NCBI GenBank assembly: GCA_965208835.1
Contig: OZ242358.1
Span: 224,001 to 288,000 of the forward strand
Origin: Candidatus Latescibacterota bacterium
GTDB taxonomy: Bacteria; Latescibacterota; UBA2968; GCA-2709665
Reading direction: 5' to 3'
DNA length: 64,000 bases
Shown: piece after piece, positions 11,201 to 20,910 of the stretch
Layout: the number at the start of each line of letters is the position of its first letter
How positions within the stretch are numbered: the first letter of the stretch is position 1
Notes under the pieces: generated by a model
Database searches by the model: none
Told to the model about the DNA's origin: nothing
What the model saw: the letters and a program-made list of their open reading frames with translations, nothing else
Translations under genes and position numbers: made by a program

Positions 11201-11526
11201 AGAATGTATTCGTCTACTACGAAATATACAACCTGATACAGGATGAATTCGGGCAGACGAACTACCAGGTATCCTACACGGTCACGAAGAAGGGCGGCTT
11301 CAGCCCCCTGGGTATCATCACCAGCCTCATAAGGTGGAAAAGGGGCAAACGTGAAGAACTTGAAGTGACGTACGAGATGGAGGGTGAGGATACCGAGGAA
11401 GTCGAATACGTGGAACTCAAGCTGGAAAACCGCCCCGCGGGCGAGTACTTCCTGAACGTGACCGTCATCGATATGAAAAGCGGTGAAATGGCCCAGAAAA
11501 AGGCCAGCTTTATCCTCGCGAAGTAG
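8221..11526 (+). CDS. Large secreted protein: N-terminal extension + TPR + GWxTD + Ig-like domains
   Basis: 1101 aa with a signal-peptide-like N-terminus, TPRs (AEAYYGLGLTF), FWADQDPDLTTAANERLLEHYRRV, PWDQRGEVYIRFGEPD and VFVYYEIYNL. Confidence 0.85.
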   Translation: MVSFLESTRVGLWRLALFATVIITASFPLENLDAQVRQTAVSASSGGQTAWAIGMETGSSAITEIWVETPGSQPRHLGTFPGPPGRLEWVAGGKRLRYRDRPLRVPLHTLTMLPERSVPLVPPGVWEISIRDGSIARSKGAVGAEHGTPPVVAAGSPPRPGPAAKAVLWGVAAVFNASALAYTTVHRWEFRSAVKRFRNASRAWAALYLRFKKHGLYEEPVLSYAEALAATARKAGGKRGARWVCQDHLTVIGDALFAYEHAHENQRPSDLAALKDWIETKTLTPADSIVMKTLFRSAMDPDKKRRFSYTHGYRPEAEDGEAVVTSFFHNGYLVEAVRSGAGYRTVDRRVGRAQVDSLLNLGTDLTPIDPPRAISTLEILAGVAQDYALGHSRLGFAYLEAEKLERAIKSFERAIECEHTLAEAYYGLGLTFRKWPRGNYDAIRYFQKALQYDRGHVESRFNIADIRYKLDEHDVRREVNKVLAIDPRYAPAYLLMGKWVEEFEKDYERAAFYYAKYMGLRPGDPEGRKRLGSIYLRTKDYGRILEVLEDYALQNPDDNQVLPILAQACMKLGAYDRAAAFFRDYLERADSAEKGHYNDIRLVAPKETLAAFEQTPLEERWDFVRKFWADQDPDLTTAANERLLEHYRRVSFAMQNFSDGRQPWDQRGEVYIRFGEPDHRSTYKELNFQQSMAVQRVKERLSRTLYGAARPPRRGIGLRGASSTFVGPVYPVRSLGGRGRGGSYRPVTATFDGSMVPWETWTYVDVGSGIEITFTDEFSNGNYNYAPEPLDARIPARRLAMFTRYSPRNIYRMAAAAQPNYFVRPKNTLPMEFYFNSADFRGETDFRTALEVYVGIPRHQGHYMIDDDRTEIMVDRTVALRNPTTGAVYRSEDKVNFAAKGDVTAERSAFVPDLARMDVPPGRYRMEVKIKDNLSVQHGRYRQDIEIESYERDSLQVSDLELAWRISSRKDEDKFNKGALWVIPMPTRTYRVGQNVFVYYEIYNLIQDEFGQTNYQVSYTVTKKGGFSPLGIITSLIRWKRGKREELEVTYEMEGEDTEEVEYVELKLENRPAGEYFLNVTVIDMKSGEMAQKKASFILAK

Positions 11527-11546
11527 AATTTTCCCCACCCGTCCAG

Positions 11547-11710
11547 AGAAGCCGTCTTAAAATTCCCAGCGGTCTTCGCGCGGCTGTAAAAGCGCCGGTC
11601 GGCGTTGGTCAAATCCACCGGTATAAACAAATATCGGCGGATTTTTCCGCCTTGACCGCCGCTTTTTCGCTCGCGCTCGGGAACTCACCGGTAATTTTAA
11701 AACAGCTTCT
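11547..11710. mobile_element. MITE-like element family C, copy 1
   Basis: Terminal inverted repeats agaagc(c/t)gt(c/t)ttaaaatt. Homologous to 37813-38000. Confidence 0.78.
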
Positions 11711-11830
11711 GAGCCCGGCTGCCCGCCAGGAGACGGATGATCCCGCAACAACAGCCCGATCCGGTTTGTGTCTGTGGGGAAATACCCGCAACCACCCGAC
11801 CATCCTATACCCTTTACCCGACGAGGAGAC

Positions 11831-13795
11831 GTGGAGGAGAAAATCTACGCTTTCGGCATGGACGGCTTTATCGTCCCGATGATGAAGCGATTCGCCGCGG
11901 AAGGCGCGTTGCCCCACTTCGAACGCATGCTGCGTGAGGGCGCCGTCAATCAGACCCTTCCCTCTTTCCCGGTGTGGACCCCGACCAACTGGGCCACACT
12001 CTCGACGGGGGCGCACACGGGCACGCACGGAGTCACGCGCTGGCGGGTGGAAGTTGCGCCGGGACAGCGGATCGACAGTTTCGACGGCCGGGCCAACAAC
12101 GCCGAGCGAATTTGGAATGCGCTGGAACGGGCGGGCATGAAGAGTGTGGCCGTACACTATCCCGCCGCCCATCCGTCCGGGGTGAAGTCGGGCTATGTTG
12201 TAGACGGTTTCGGCCACCCTGGCCATCGCAGCACGGAGTTTGAAGTGGCCTCCTGCCAGGCCTATACCACGGACGCTGCGTTGGCGGAAACCATCGGGAT
12301 GGACCACGATGGCACGGCGGTGCGGCATGTCCAACGGAGCGTCGAGCCAATTCCGTCGCTAACACGGGCGAAGGAATGGCGCAACATGCCCGGGAGTGCG
12401 GCGCCGCCGCTGGAGAGCAGCATTGACGTGGCGGCCAGGCCGGGCGGGGATGTCACAACGTTCAACCTGCTCGCGGTGGACAGCGAGGGACGGGGCTACG
12501 ACCGGGTGCTGGTGTGCCGGGACCGGAACGGGTCCTGTTGCATCGCAGAGGCCGGCGTGGGAGAATGGAGCGAATGGGCGGTGGAGGACTTTGCCGTCGA
12601 CGGGAGCAAACGCCCGGCGTCGCTGCGCTTCAAGCTGATGGAACTGGCCGCTGACGGCAGCCGGCTCAAGCTCTATCGCACCCAGGTGACTTTTACCGAC
12701 GGCTTCACGTTCCCCGATGCGTTGGCCGGCGAACTTCTGGAGCGCTTCGGCCCGTATCAGGAACACGCCTCCATGTTGCCCTATACCTCGGGCATGGCCG
12801 ATTTCGAAACGGCCCTCGAGGAATGCGAGTACCAGGGGATGTGGTTTGCCGAGGTCGCGCGCTACATGCTTCGGGAGCGGGGCTGTTCGTTTTTTATCTG
12901 CCACTGGCATCTGTACGATTACCTCAACCACATCCACCTGGGAGACGTCGACCCCGTGTGCCCCGGGTACGTAGCAGAGCGTGCCGAAAAGTACGTACAC
13001 TACTTCCGACGGGCCTATCAGGTGGGCGACCGTATCCTGGGACGTTTGTGGGAGGACGCGAACGCGCATACGTACGTGGGCGTGGTGTCCGACCATGGGT
13101 GCTCACCCGACGTCCGGGTGGCCAATATCCGGCTGTTCTTGCACGAGCAGGGCTTTCTGGCGCTCAAGCGTGGCGCGGAAGAGGACCTGGCGCGAGATCA
13201 GGTGCGCGAGGAGGATATCGACTGGGAGCGCACCCGGGCCTATCTCAAGGATGACAAGGGATTCGATATTTTCATCAACGTCGTGCCGGGGCCTGAGTTC
13301 GACCGGATCGAGGCCGAGTTGCTGCTGGCGTTGCGCACGTGGGTCGACGAGGAAGCGGGACGCAATCCGGTGGCTATCGCCCTGCCGCGACGGGACGCGT
13401 ACATCCTCGGGCAATGGGGAGACCAGTGCGGCGACGTGGTCTTCGCCTGGGACCACGGGTACGTGAGCGGGTACTACGGCCAGTGGCATGGCATTGCGGG
13501 CGGGGGCTGCCTAGGCGCGCCAAATGTGTTCGGGGCGCATCACGGGGGTTTTCTGCCGACCATGAGTGAAGTCTCGTCCAGCTTCGGTTCGTGGTTGATG
13601 GCAGGGCCGGGGGTGAAGCGCGGATACGAACGGCCGGTGGACAAGCTGGGGTATATCCACGCTGCCGACGTTGTGCCGACGTTGTGCCGGATTCTGGGTG
13701 CCGAGCCGCCGCGCCAGGCGCAGGGTGCGGTGGCGGGGGACTTGTTCGAAGGGCATGAAATGGTGCGCGAGCGAATGTCTAACCTTGATTCGTAA
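11831..13795 (+). CDS. Alkaline phosphatase superfamily / type I phosphodiesterase-nucleotide pyrophosphatase family protein
   Basis: GMDG near the N-terminus, WTPTNWATLSTG catalytic-Thr motif, VSDHG and a C-terminal GAH. GTG start at 11831 follows GAGGAG. Confidence 0.85.
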   Translation: MEEKIYAFGMDGFIVPMMKRFAAEGALPHFERMLREGAVNQTLPSFPVWTPTNWATLSTGAHTGTHGVTRWRVEVAPGQRIDSFDGRANNAERIWNALERAGMKSVAVHYPAAHPSGVKSGYVVDGFGHPGHRSTEFEVASCQAYTTDAALAETIGMDHDGTAVRHVQRSVEPIPSLTRAKEWRNMPGSAAPPLESSIDVAARPGGDVTTFNLLAVDSEGRGYDRVLVCRDRNGSCCIAEAGVGEWSEWAVEDFAVDGSKRPASLRFKLMELAADGSRLKLYRTQVTFTDGFTFPDALAGELLERFGPYQEHASMLPYTSGMADFETALEECEYQGMWFAEVARYMLRERGCSFFICHWHLYDYLNHIHLGDVDPVCPGYVAERAEKYVHYFRRAYQVGDRILGRLWEDANAHTYVGVVSDHGCSPDVRVANIRLFLHEQGFLALKRGAEEDLARDQVREEDIDWERTRAYLKDDKGFDIFINVVPGPEFDRIEAELLLALRTWVDEEAGRNPVAIALPRRDAYILGQWGDQCGDVVFAWDHGYVSGYYGQWHGIAGGGCLGAPNVFGAHHGGFLPTMSEVSSSFGSWLMAGPGVKRGYERPVDKLGYIHAADVVPTLCRILGAEPPRQAQGAVAGDLFEGHEMVRERMSNLDS

Positions 13796-13883
13796 GTCTT
13801 CGGGGACGTTAATTCGAATATGTGCTTGTAAATAAAGGCGATTAAACGGCGGATTACCAGGATACACCAGGTCACTGGACGTG
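13780..13883 (+). repeat. 104-bp dispersed element family D, copy 1
   Basis: Colinear with 30997-31100 (taaccttgattcgtaag...ggatacaccaggt.actggacgtg). Confidence 0.85.
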
Positions 13884-14028
13884 ACGGAAAAAAACGTCCT
13901 TCTATACGTCGATATTGCCCCGTTTCGGATGGTTTTATCGCGTCGCCGCGTTGCAGTTTTTTTCGGATTGAGGCTAACCCGGGCGCTTCTTCGTGAATCG
14001 AGTCGAAATCGATATGGGAGATGTTGTG

Positions 14029-17000
14029 ATGCATTGGGTAAAGAACCTGCTCATAATCGCATCGTGCATTGTAACGATACAGTGTCCGGTTGAGTCCGCG
14101 CACGGGGCATCCTGTGCGGTGAGATCGGCGGATGGCGGGCATCTGGCCCATGTCGTCAGACGTGGCGAAGGAGCGGTATCGCTGTCCGAGATATGGCTCG
14201 TCTCCTCGAGAGACGATGGCTCCAGAATGCTGAGCGCCTTTCCCGGCGGTCCCGGAACCCTGCAATTTGCACCTGGCGGGGACGAACTGATCTACCTGGA
14301 GCGAAGCCTGCGACGGGAAGCGTGGGGGTCGTACTTTTACGGCGGCCGCACACTGCCGATTACACGCAACCGAATCTGGCGGTTGAGCCTGGACGGCGCC
14401 GGAGAGGAGCCGTGGCCGATGCCCGGAGACATGCATCCCCTCGAGTTCGCGCTTTCCCCGGGTGGACGGTTGTTAGCGATTGTCGGGTATCGTGGAAGTG
14501 AATTGGCCGGGGTGGACCGCGGTCTCTGGATCGCGAATGACCGGGGCGATATCAGGCTTCTGTTTGCTGGCGACGTAGCGGGGCCCGTCGAGTGGTCAGC
14601 CGACGGAGAGTCCGTTTGGTGCCGAATCGAAGACGGAGCAGAGTCGATCCGCGTTTACGTTGACACGGGAGAGGCTGTCCGGAAGGATATCAAAAAAGAT
14701 ATATCCATGATCGAGCAACGAGTTCGCAAGACATTCCCGCATACCCGAACTTCCCAGGCCATGCGCGGAGCCGACGGTGCAGATGCGGCCCTGGGCCTGA
14801 TCGGAACCGGCCTGGACCTGTACATCCGCGGAAGGAATGCGCTGCACCGGGGAAAGGTAGCCAGAGCGGAGAAGATGTTCGACCAGGCCAGGCGTGCATT
14901 CAGGAGACTCTACGATGGCGCCGCGAAGTACGGACTGTCCAGGAAGAGTTGCGAGAGATACATCGAAATATGCGAAGACTGGATCGATGCAGACACCAGG
15001 GAGGCCGACAGAAGCAACTGCCGTGAGCGTCTGACGGGGATGCTGCGGTTGATCGAGGGATTCAAGCACGCGCGGAACGGCGCCGCACCCGCGGATCTTG
15101 GAGAACTACATCGGTGGGCAACAGCCAGGGTTGTTGCAGAAACGCCCTCCGGGAACACACGGGATGACTACAAAACCATCCTCGGCGTGCTGTTCTCCTG
15201 CCCGGTAAACCGGGACTACTCATTTCTCAGCGACTATCTCCATAGACGTGACGGGTTGCCTGGCGCGCCAGCCCTGGCATGTTTTTGGCACCGCGGCGAA
15301 CGGATCGACGGCGTCGCCGGTCTCGACGGCGGTCACACGAAAATCTCAAAACCCCGCGCGGCACAGGTCGACAGCCTGGCCGCCAGCGGGCGTCGCGCGA
15401 TGGACCGGGATGATCTGGATCGGGCTCGACTGATCTTTCGCAACGTAGCCCGTCAACGCCCCAGGGACCCCGATGCATACGTCAATCTGGGTCACATACT
15501 TCTGAAATTGAGACGATTCGAGGAATCGAAGGACGCCTTTCATCGGGCGCTGACCCTGGGGAGCAAGGCTCTGGCCCACCACGGCCTTGGGATGCTTTAC
15601 GCGACGTGGCCGATGCAGCGGCACTTCGCGATCCACCATTTCACCGAAGCGTTGGTCAGGGACCGGGATTTTGTGGATGCGCGGTATCAGATGGCCAGAG
15701 TGCGTTATGCGATGAAGCAGCGCGACGCCGAACTGGAAGCAAAAAGAGTCCTGAAAATGGACCCGGGCCACGCGGGCGCCTATCTGATGATTGCAGACTA
15801 TTATCTGAACCTGTCCTGGGAATTCGAGAAGGCCGTCGTATGGTATACGAAGTACCTCGCGATTCGTCCGGAAGACGTGGACGCGCAGCGCCGGCTGGGC
15901 GTTGCGTACCTGAAAGTCAGAGATTATTCCAGGATTATGGACCATCTGCTGGACTTCGTCAAAAGGCACCCCGAAGCCATCGAGTTGATGCCCATTATCG
16001 CCATTTCCGCCATCGAGCAGGACAAAGCGGATATGGCGATGGCGTTCTTCGAAGACTACATCTCCACACTTGACCCGGAAGTGAAGGGATTGTACGAAGA
16101 TATCTCGCTTGTCGCCTCCGGTGAGGATCTCCGGGCATCTGATGAGACCCCGGGCCTGGATCGCGAGACGTATCTCAGACGATTCTGGAACGGGAAGGAC
16201 CCGGACCTGTCCACACCGGTGAATGAACGCCTGCTGGAACACTACCGAAGGGTCTGGCACGCACTGACCGAGTTTTCGGAAAGCAAGCAACCGTGGGACG
16301 CGAGAGGCGACGTCTATATCCGATTCGGGGAACCCGATCACCGGTCCCGGTCAGACGACCCCAACTTCAAACAGAGCCTGAAAGTGCAGCGGGTCAAGGA
16401 GCGGCTCGCTTACAACATCTACAAGGGCGACGTTCGCGCGCACACGTTTGTCGGACCCGTCTATCCCGTACGCAGCCTCAAGCAGCTCGAAGGCGCCTGG
16501 TACGAATTGAGAGAGTTTAAGATAGAGAGCTCGGCCCCATCGGCGTGTGAAATTGCCGGTTCGGCGGACCATGGTACGGAGGCGGGCGATACGGAACTGG
16601 ATCAGGACAGAGAAAGGGACCATTTCTTCGTGGATGATGATTCCGCGAAGATAGGCATTTTGCCACTGGACGAAAGCCTGGGATTCGGCGACTATCACCC
16701 CGTTACCACCGACGAAGACCGGAGCACCGTACCCTGGGAAACGTGGATCTATGCCGATGCGGGTGGCGGAATCGAAATCACCTTTACCGACGAGATTGGT
16801 TCCGGGATCTACGACTACGCTCCGGTACCGCCAAACCAGGGGGATATATCGATCAGCCAGACCGCGTCCTTGAGCAGGCACGCGCCCCATTCCGTCTACC
16901 GGCGAGCAGCGCGTGTCACGCCCGATTTCTATACGCCACGACATGAAACGCCGCCGCTCGATTTCCACTATTCCCTTGCCGACTTCAGGGGCGATGACGG

Positions 17001-17766
17001 CCGCAGTCTCCTCGAAATCTACTACGGCGTCCCCATTCTTCCGGCGCATTACGTACCGGAAGAGGATTTCACACGGCAGGTGCTGACGCACCACGCGGCG
17101 CTCATTTCGTCGTCTCAAGATACGGTTTACCGTCGAACCGATGAGATGACCTACGAAGCCGCAGGAAACCAGGCGGGAGAAGGCCTGATGGTACCTGACG
17201 TGCTGAAACTTGACCTGCCGCCGGGCGCCTACCGACTGGAGGTAAAGTCGCAGGACCGCCTGAGAGGAAGAATGGGCATCTATCAGCAGCAGGTCGAAGT
17301 GGATCTTTATGGAGAAGAACGGTTGCAGATCAGTGATCTGGAACTGGCCTGGCAGGTCGGCGTGGAAACGGTGGGCAGTAAGTTTACCAAGGGAGACCTG
17401 AAGGTCGTTCCGATGCCTTCGCGCGCGTACAGGAAGGGCCAGAGCGTGTTCGTCTACTACGAAATCTACAACCTGGACAAGGATGCGTTCGGTCAGACGA
17501 ACTTCAACGTTTCCTATGCCATCACGTCCAGAGACGCTCCCGGGCGGGCGGGAAACATCTCGCGCCTGTTCCGATGGGGATCCGGAAGGCGCGAGGAGCT
17601 TGCCGTTACGTACGAACAACTGGGCGCTTCAGCACAGGTCGAGGAATACGTGGAACTCGCGCTGGACGAACAGGCTCCGGGACGATATTCATTGAAGGTA
17701 TCGATCATCGACAGAAACAGCGGCGAGAGCGTGGGAAAAGACGTGGCTTTTGTGATCTCACCTTAG
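14029..17766 (+). CDS. Large secreted protein: TolB-like propeller fragment + TPR + GWxTD + Ig-like domains
   Basis: Paralog of 8221..11526 with FAPGG, LSPGG and WSADG propeller-type motifs, TPRs and PWDARGDVYIRFGEPD. ATG 14029 follows GGAG; the ORF is open from 13993. Confidence 0.85.
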   Translation: MHWVKNLLIIASCIVTIQCPVESAHGASCAVRSADGGHLAHVVRRGEGAVSLSEIWLVSSRDDGSRMLSAFPGGPGTLQFAPGGDELIYLERSLRREAWGSYFYGGRTLPITRNRIWRLSLDGAGEEPWPMPGDMHPLEFALSPGGRLLAIVGYRGSELAGVDRGLWIANDRGDIRLLFAGDVAGPVEWSADGESVWCRIEDGAESIRVYVDTGEAVRKDIKKDISMIEQRVRKTFPHTRTSQAMRGADGADAALGLIGTGLDLYIRGRNALHRGKVARAEKMFDQARRAFRRLYDGAAKYGLSRKSCERYIEICEDWIDADTREADRSNCRERLTGMLRLIEGFKHARNGAAPADLGELHRWATARVVAETPSGNTRDDYKTILGVLFSCPVNRDYSFLSDYLHRRDGLPGAPALACFWHRGERIDGVAGLDGGHTKISKPRAAQVDSLAASGRRAMDRDDLDRARLIFRNVARQRPRDPDAYVNLGHILLKLRRFEESKDAFHRALTLGSKALAHHGLGMLYATWPMQRHFAIHHFTEALVRDRDFVDARYQMARVRYAMKQRDAELEAKRVLKMDPGHAGAYLMIADYYLNLSWEFEKAVVWYTKYLAIRPEDVDAQRRLGVAYLKVRDYSRIMDHLLDFVKRHPEAIELMPIIAISAIEQDKADMAMAFFEDYISTLDPEVKGLYEDISLVASGEDLRASDETPGLDRETYLRRFWNGKDPDLSTPVNERLLEHYRRVWHALTEFSESKQPWDARGDVYIRFGEPDHRSRSDDPNFKQSLKVQRVKERLAYNIYKGDVRAHTFVGPVYPVRSLKQLEGAWYELREFKIESSAPSACEIAGSADHGTEAGDTELDQDRERDHFFVDDDSAKIGILPLDESLGFGDYHPVTTDEDRSTVPWETWIYADAGGGIEITFTDEIGSGIYDYAPVPPNQGDISISQTASLSRHAPHSVYRRAARVTPDFYTPRHETPPLDFHYSLADFRGDDGRSLLEIYYGVPILPAHYVPEEDFTRQVLTHHAALISSSQDTVYRRTDEMTYEAAGNQAGEGLMVPDVLKLDLPPGAYRLEVKSQDRLRGRMGIYQQQVEVDLYGEERLQISDLELAWQVGVETVGSKFTKGDLKVVPMPSRAYRKGQSVFVYYEIYNLDKDAFGQTNFNVSYAITSRDAPGRAGNISRLFRWGSGRREELAVTYEQLGASAQVEEYVELALDEQAPGRYSLKVSIIDRNSGESVGKDVAFVISP

Positions 17767-17818
17767 TAATGTCTGCGGTCCCGGGACGAGAAGTTACGAC
17801 AAACAGGAAGGGCATCTG

Positions 17819-18901
17819 ATGACCGTCAGGATGATTTCCGCACTGGCAATTGTCTCGAGCCTGACAGGCTGCGGTTCACCCGTACCGACGTCTCCGGAAG
17901 CGACGGGCGATCTGTCGGGTTTCGAAGTTGCCGGTCAAATGACGGAAAGGCGGTTCTGGCACGCGTCGGTGTTGTTGCAGGATGGAACTGTCCTAATTAC
18001 GGGCGGCGCCGCAACTGAAAACCCGGGTCAGGTGTCAAACTCACTTTTTCGTGCCAGCACGGAGGTGTTCGACCCCGTAACGGGGACCTCGAGCCGAAGG
18101 GGCAATCTGTCGCTGCCACGAATACTCGACATGGGAATATTGCTGCCGGACGGCCGGGTCCTTCTGGCGGGAGCGGACGAGGCGCCTCTGGAGTTTTTCG
18201 ATCCGCGGACCGGGCGGTTCACCCCTGAGCCCTATCTTCCGGCATTCGCAAGGATCTGGTCATTCACGTTAATGCCCAATGGCAAGATCCTGACATATTA
18301 CTCTCTGGGTGTTGCCATCTTTGACACCGCTACGCGTGAATTCACGTCACTCCCCGGGACGGTCGTCATTCGCACGGGGCATACGGCAACTTTGCTGCGG
18401 GATGGGCGGGTTCTCATCGTTGGCGGCGTCAATGCCTCGGGCATCGTGAAAGCGTCCGAAATCTACGATCCGTCGTCCAATACGCTTACCCGCACCGGTG
18501 AGCTGAGATACGAACGGCAGGATCACAGAGCGATTCTCCTCCAGGACGGCAGCGTGCTGGTTATTGGCGGGACCACCGGGGACGAGGGATCAGAAGAGTC
18601 GGTTACCGCCGCCGAGCGATACAACCCCGCAACGGGGACGTTTACATCAGAAGGGGATCCCGGATTTGAAGCGATTCATGCTGCCACGTTACTGCCATCG
18701 GGCGAAGTCTTCATTATCGGGGAAAGCGGCGAGGTCATTCTCTACGATCCCGCCACCGGCGCGTTCGGTCCTACCGGAGACAGCATAGGCGAGAATCGCG
18801 CGTTTTATACGACAACGCTGCTTCGCGACGGCCGTGTGCTGATCGCTGGAGGCTTGAAGGACCTCCAGGCGACGGACCAGATCCTTATATACAGACCATA
18901 G
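17819..18901 (+). CDS. Kelch-type beta-propeller lipoprotein (K2)
   Basis: Lipobox LTGC and Kelch blades (HTATLLRDGRVLIVGG). Ends DQILIYRP, like K1. Confidence 0.88.
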   Translation: MTVRMISALAIVSSLTGCGSPVPTSPEATGDLSGFEVAGQMTERRFWHASVLLQDGTVLITGGAATENPGQVSNSLFRASTEVFDPVTGTSSRRGNLSLPRILDMGILLPDGRVLLAGADEAPLEFFDPRTGRFTPEPYLPAFARIWSFTLMPNGKILTYYSLGVAIFDTATREFTSLPGTVVIRTGHTATLLRDGRVLIVGGVNASGIVKASEIYDPSSNTLTRTGELRYERQDHRAILLQDGSVLVIGGTTGDEGSEESVTAAERYNPATGTFTSEGDPGFEAIHAATLLPSGEVFIIGESGEVILYDPATGAFGPTGDSIGENRAFYTTTLLRDGRVLIAGGLKDLQATDQILIYRP

Positions 18902-18955
18902 CGTCCTGGCGGGCAGCCAAAAGGCGGTTAGACGGGAGAGGTAACGCCGTCGGCC

Positions 18956-19060
18956 GGGCGCCCACAAGGGACGCCCCTACAAAGCCCGATCATCCGCAAA
19001 TTGAACTCTCTGGGTTCCGCACCGACGTTACATCTGTAGGGGCGTCCCTTGTGGGCGCCC
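18956..19060. repeat. REPIN-like inverted doublet of GTAG-type REP palindromes
   Basis: gggcgcccacaagggacgcccctaca (18956-18981) and its exact reverse complement (19035-19060). Confidence 0.88.
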
Positions 19061-19094
19061 GCCTTTCCTCGGTCCGCCAACGAGGCGCCGCCCC

Positions 19095-20678
19095 ATGGCA
19101 GACTCCGGACACATTCCAATTTCCCTCCCTCTTCGTCTCTTTCTAGGCGCGTTCCCGGCCATTATGTTCGGATGGTTCGACGTTCCCGCGGCGTCTGAAG
19201 AGAGATCCCCTGCTGTCCCGTTCGAGGGACCGGTGAGTACCGACTGGTACGGGGTTTTCTTGACGTGGGATGAAATTTACGGGGACAAATATCTGGACGG
19301 CCGCGACGGAGGGTCGTTCGCCTGGGGTCCGTCGGCCTACGTGCAGAGGATGTACCTGAACCTGTATCGGACGTTCAAGGAACCGGTCTGGCTGGACAAA
19401 CTGGTACAACACATAGATCGCATTCTGATCGCCAGGTCGGACGTGCCGCCGTATGAAGTCTACGATCCGCGATACGTCGACGGATACGGGGGCTGGGGGC
19501 AGAACCGGTATAGCCAGTACAGGCCCGAATATACCGAATGGTTTTCCGACGACGGATTGATTGTCAGTCCGATCCTGGCATTCGTGGAGCTGGTCTGGGA
19601 GGACCCGTCCTTACACGCGGCGTACAGGTCCAAAGCGGATGAATTCCTGCGCGTTGTTGAAGAGGATGTGATCGCCAAGTGGCACGCGAACTGGGCGCCT
19701 GACCCCGGGTGGACGGCGGACGACTCCAGCCGCTTCGGTGAGGACGCGGGATACCACGTATACGAATGGTCGGGGTGGAAGCGCCAGCCGCTGAATATGT
19801 TCCTGTCGTTTGCGGATGCGCTGGTTACGCTCCGTCGCCTATCCATGTCGCCGTATTACAAGCCGCGAAGTACGGGTTTCGCACCGTTTTACGCAGACCA
19901 GAGCGAGCAGATGTTACGGTACTTTCACGATCAACTGCTGTACGACCCGCAAGCGGAGGCTTATACCTGGAAATACGGTCCCGAAAGCCACTGGCCCGAA
20001 CTGATGGAGGACGTCGGACATGCCTTTATCGATATCCAGGCGGCGCTGCAGGGGGTCCGAAGCGGTCTGAGTTTCACCCGGAAGGACCTTGAGAGAATGG
20101 CCAATACGTTCGTCCGCCACGTCTGGAACGGGAGCCTCGAGGAGCCGTCTTTCAGGTATTACATAGACGGCGAGGCAAGCAAGCTCGACGCGGAACGGGG
20201 CTGGAGGGGGTGGGGGTTTCTCTACCTGGCGGGGTACGACTACCGGATCTGGGAATCGATGGCCGCATACTTCGAAAAAGAGATTTCGATTCAGGCGTGG
20301 CCGGCTCACGTGGCGGCGACGGCCGCGATGCTGGGCATAGCCACGCAGGCATTCGACGGGTGGCAGCCCGGCGCGCCGTTGCATCTTGAAGTCGCTCGCG
20401 ATGGACAGGACGTCCAGGTTTCCTGGCGCCGCCCGGAAACCGACGCCGACGGCACGGCGCTTACGGGGCTTAAAGGGTACATCGTGTACCGGGCAACCGC
20501 GGCGGAAGGGCCGTTCGCGTCTCTGAACGAGACGCCACTGGACACCACGCGCTACGTGGATCGGGGCGCGGCATCCGGGTCCTTTCACTATCGGATTACC
20601 GCCGTGGACTACCGGCGGCCTACGAACGAGGGTCCTCCCTCGGCGACGGCTTCCGTGCTGCAGGGCGAAAGGGATTAG
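19095..20678 (+). CDS. Probable secreted protein: aromatic-rich helical domain + C-terminal fibronectin type III domain
   Basis: 527 aa. The C-terminus PGAPLHL..VQVSW..GYIVYR..YVD..YRITAVD..EGPPS is a typical FN3 pattern. The N-terminal domain is not assigned. Confidence 0.7.
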   Translation: MADSGHIPISLPLRLFLGAFPAIMFGWFDVPAASEERSPAVPFEGPVSTDWYGVFLTWDEIYGDKYLDGRDGGSFAWGPSAYVQRMYLNLYRTFKEPVWLDKLVQHIDRILIARSDVPPYEVYDPRYVDGYGGWGQNRYSQYRPEYTEWFSDDGLIVSPILAFVELVWEDPSLHAAYRSKADEFLRVVEEDVIAKWHANWAPDPGWTADDSSRFGEDAGYHVYEWSGWKRQPLNMFLSFADALVTLRRLSMSPYYKPRSTGFAPFYADQSEQMLRYFHDQLLYDPQAEAYTWKYGPESHWPELMEDVGHAFIDIQAALQGVRSGLSFTRKDLERMANTFVRHVWNGSLEEPSFRYYIDGEASKLDAERGWRGWGFLYLAGYDYRIWESMAAYFEKEISIQAWPAHVAATAAMLGIATQAFDGWQPGAPLHLEVARDGQDVQVSWRRPETDADGTALTGLKGYIVYRATAAEGPFASLNETPLDTTRYVDRGAASGSFHYRITAVDYRRPTNEGPPSATASVLQGERD

Positions 20679-20742
20679 CCCACCGCGTACGTCGGACTGT
20701 GATTGTGTCACCGCAAAATTATCTTATATTTGCATAATTTTC

Positions 20743-20770
20743 AGGTCATATGACCTTGATTATCGCGATA
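20743..20770. promoter_or_regulatory. Palindromic candidate operator(s) in the AT-rich region upstream of the XRE regulator
   Basis: Perfect palindromes AGGTCATATGACCT (20743-20756) and TATCGCGATA (20761-20770). Confidence 0.35.
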
Positions 20771-20910
20771 TTGAATAACTTCACGCCTCGAACTGCCAGT
20801 TTGGGGCATGAATGAGTTTACACCATGGGTTTTCAGTTTCCAGGCCGTTCAGCAAACGAATGAACAGATCTACCGAGTAAGGTTCAACAGTTTGAGGAGG
20901 GAATATCGGG

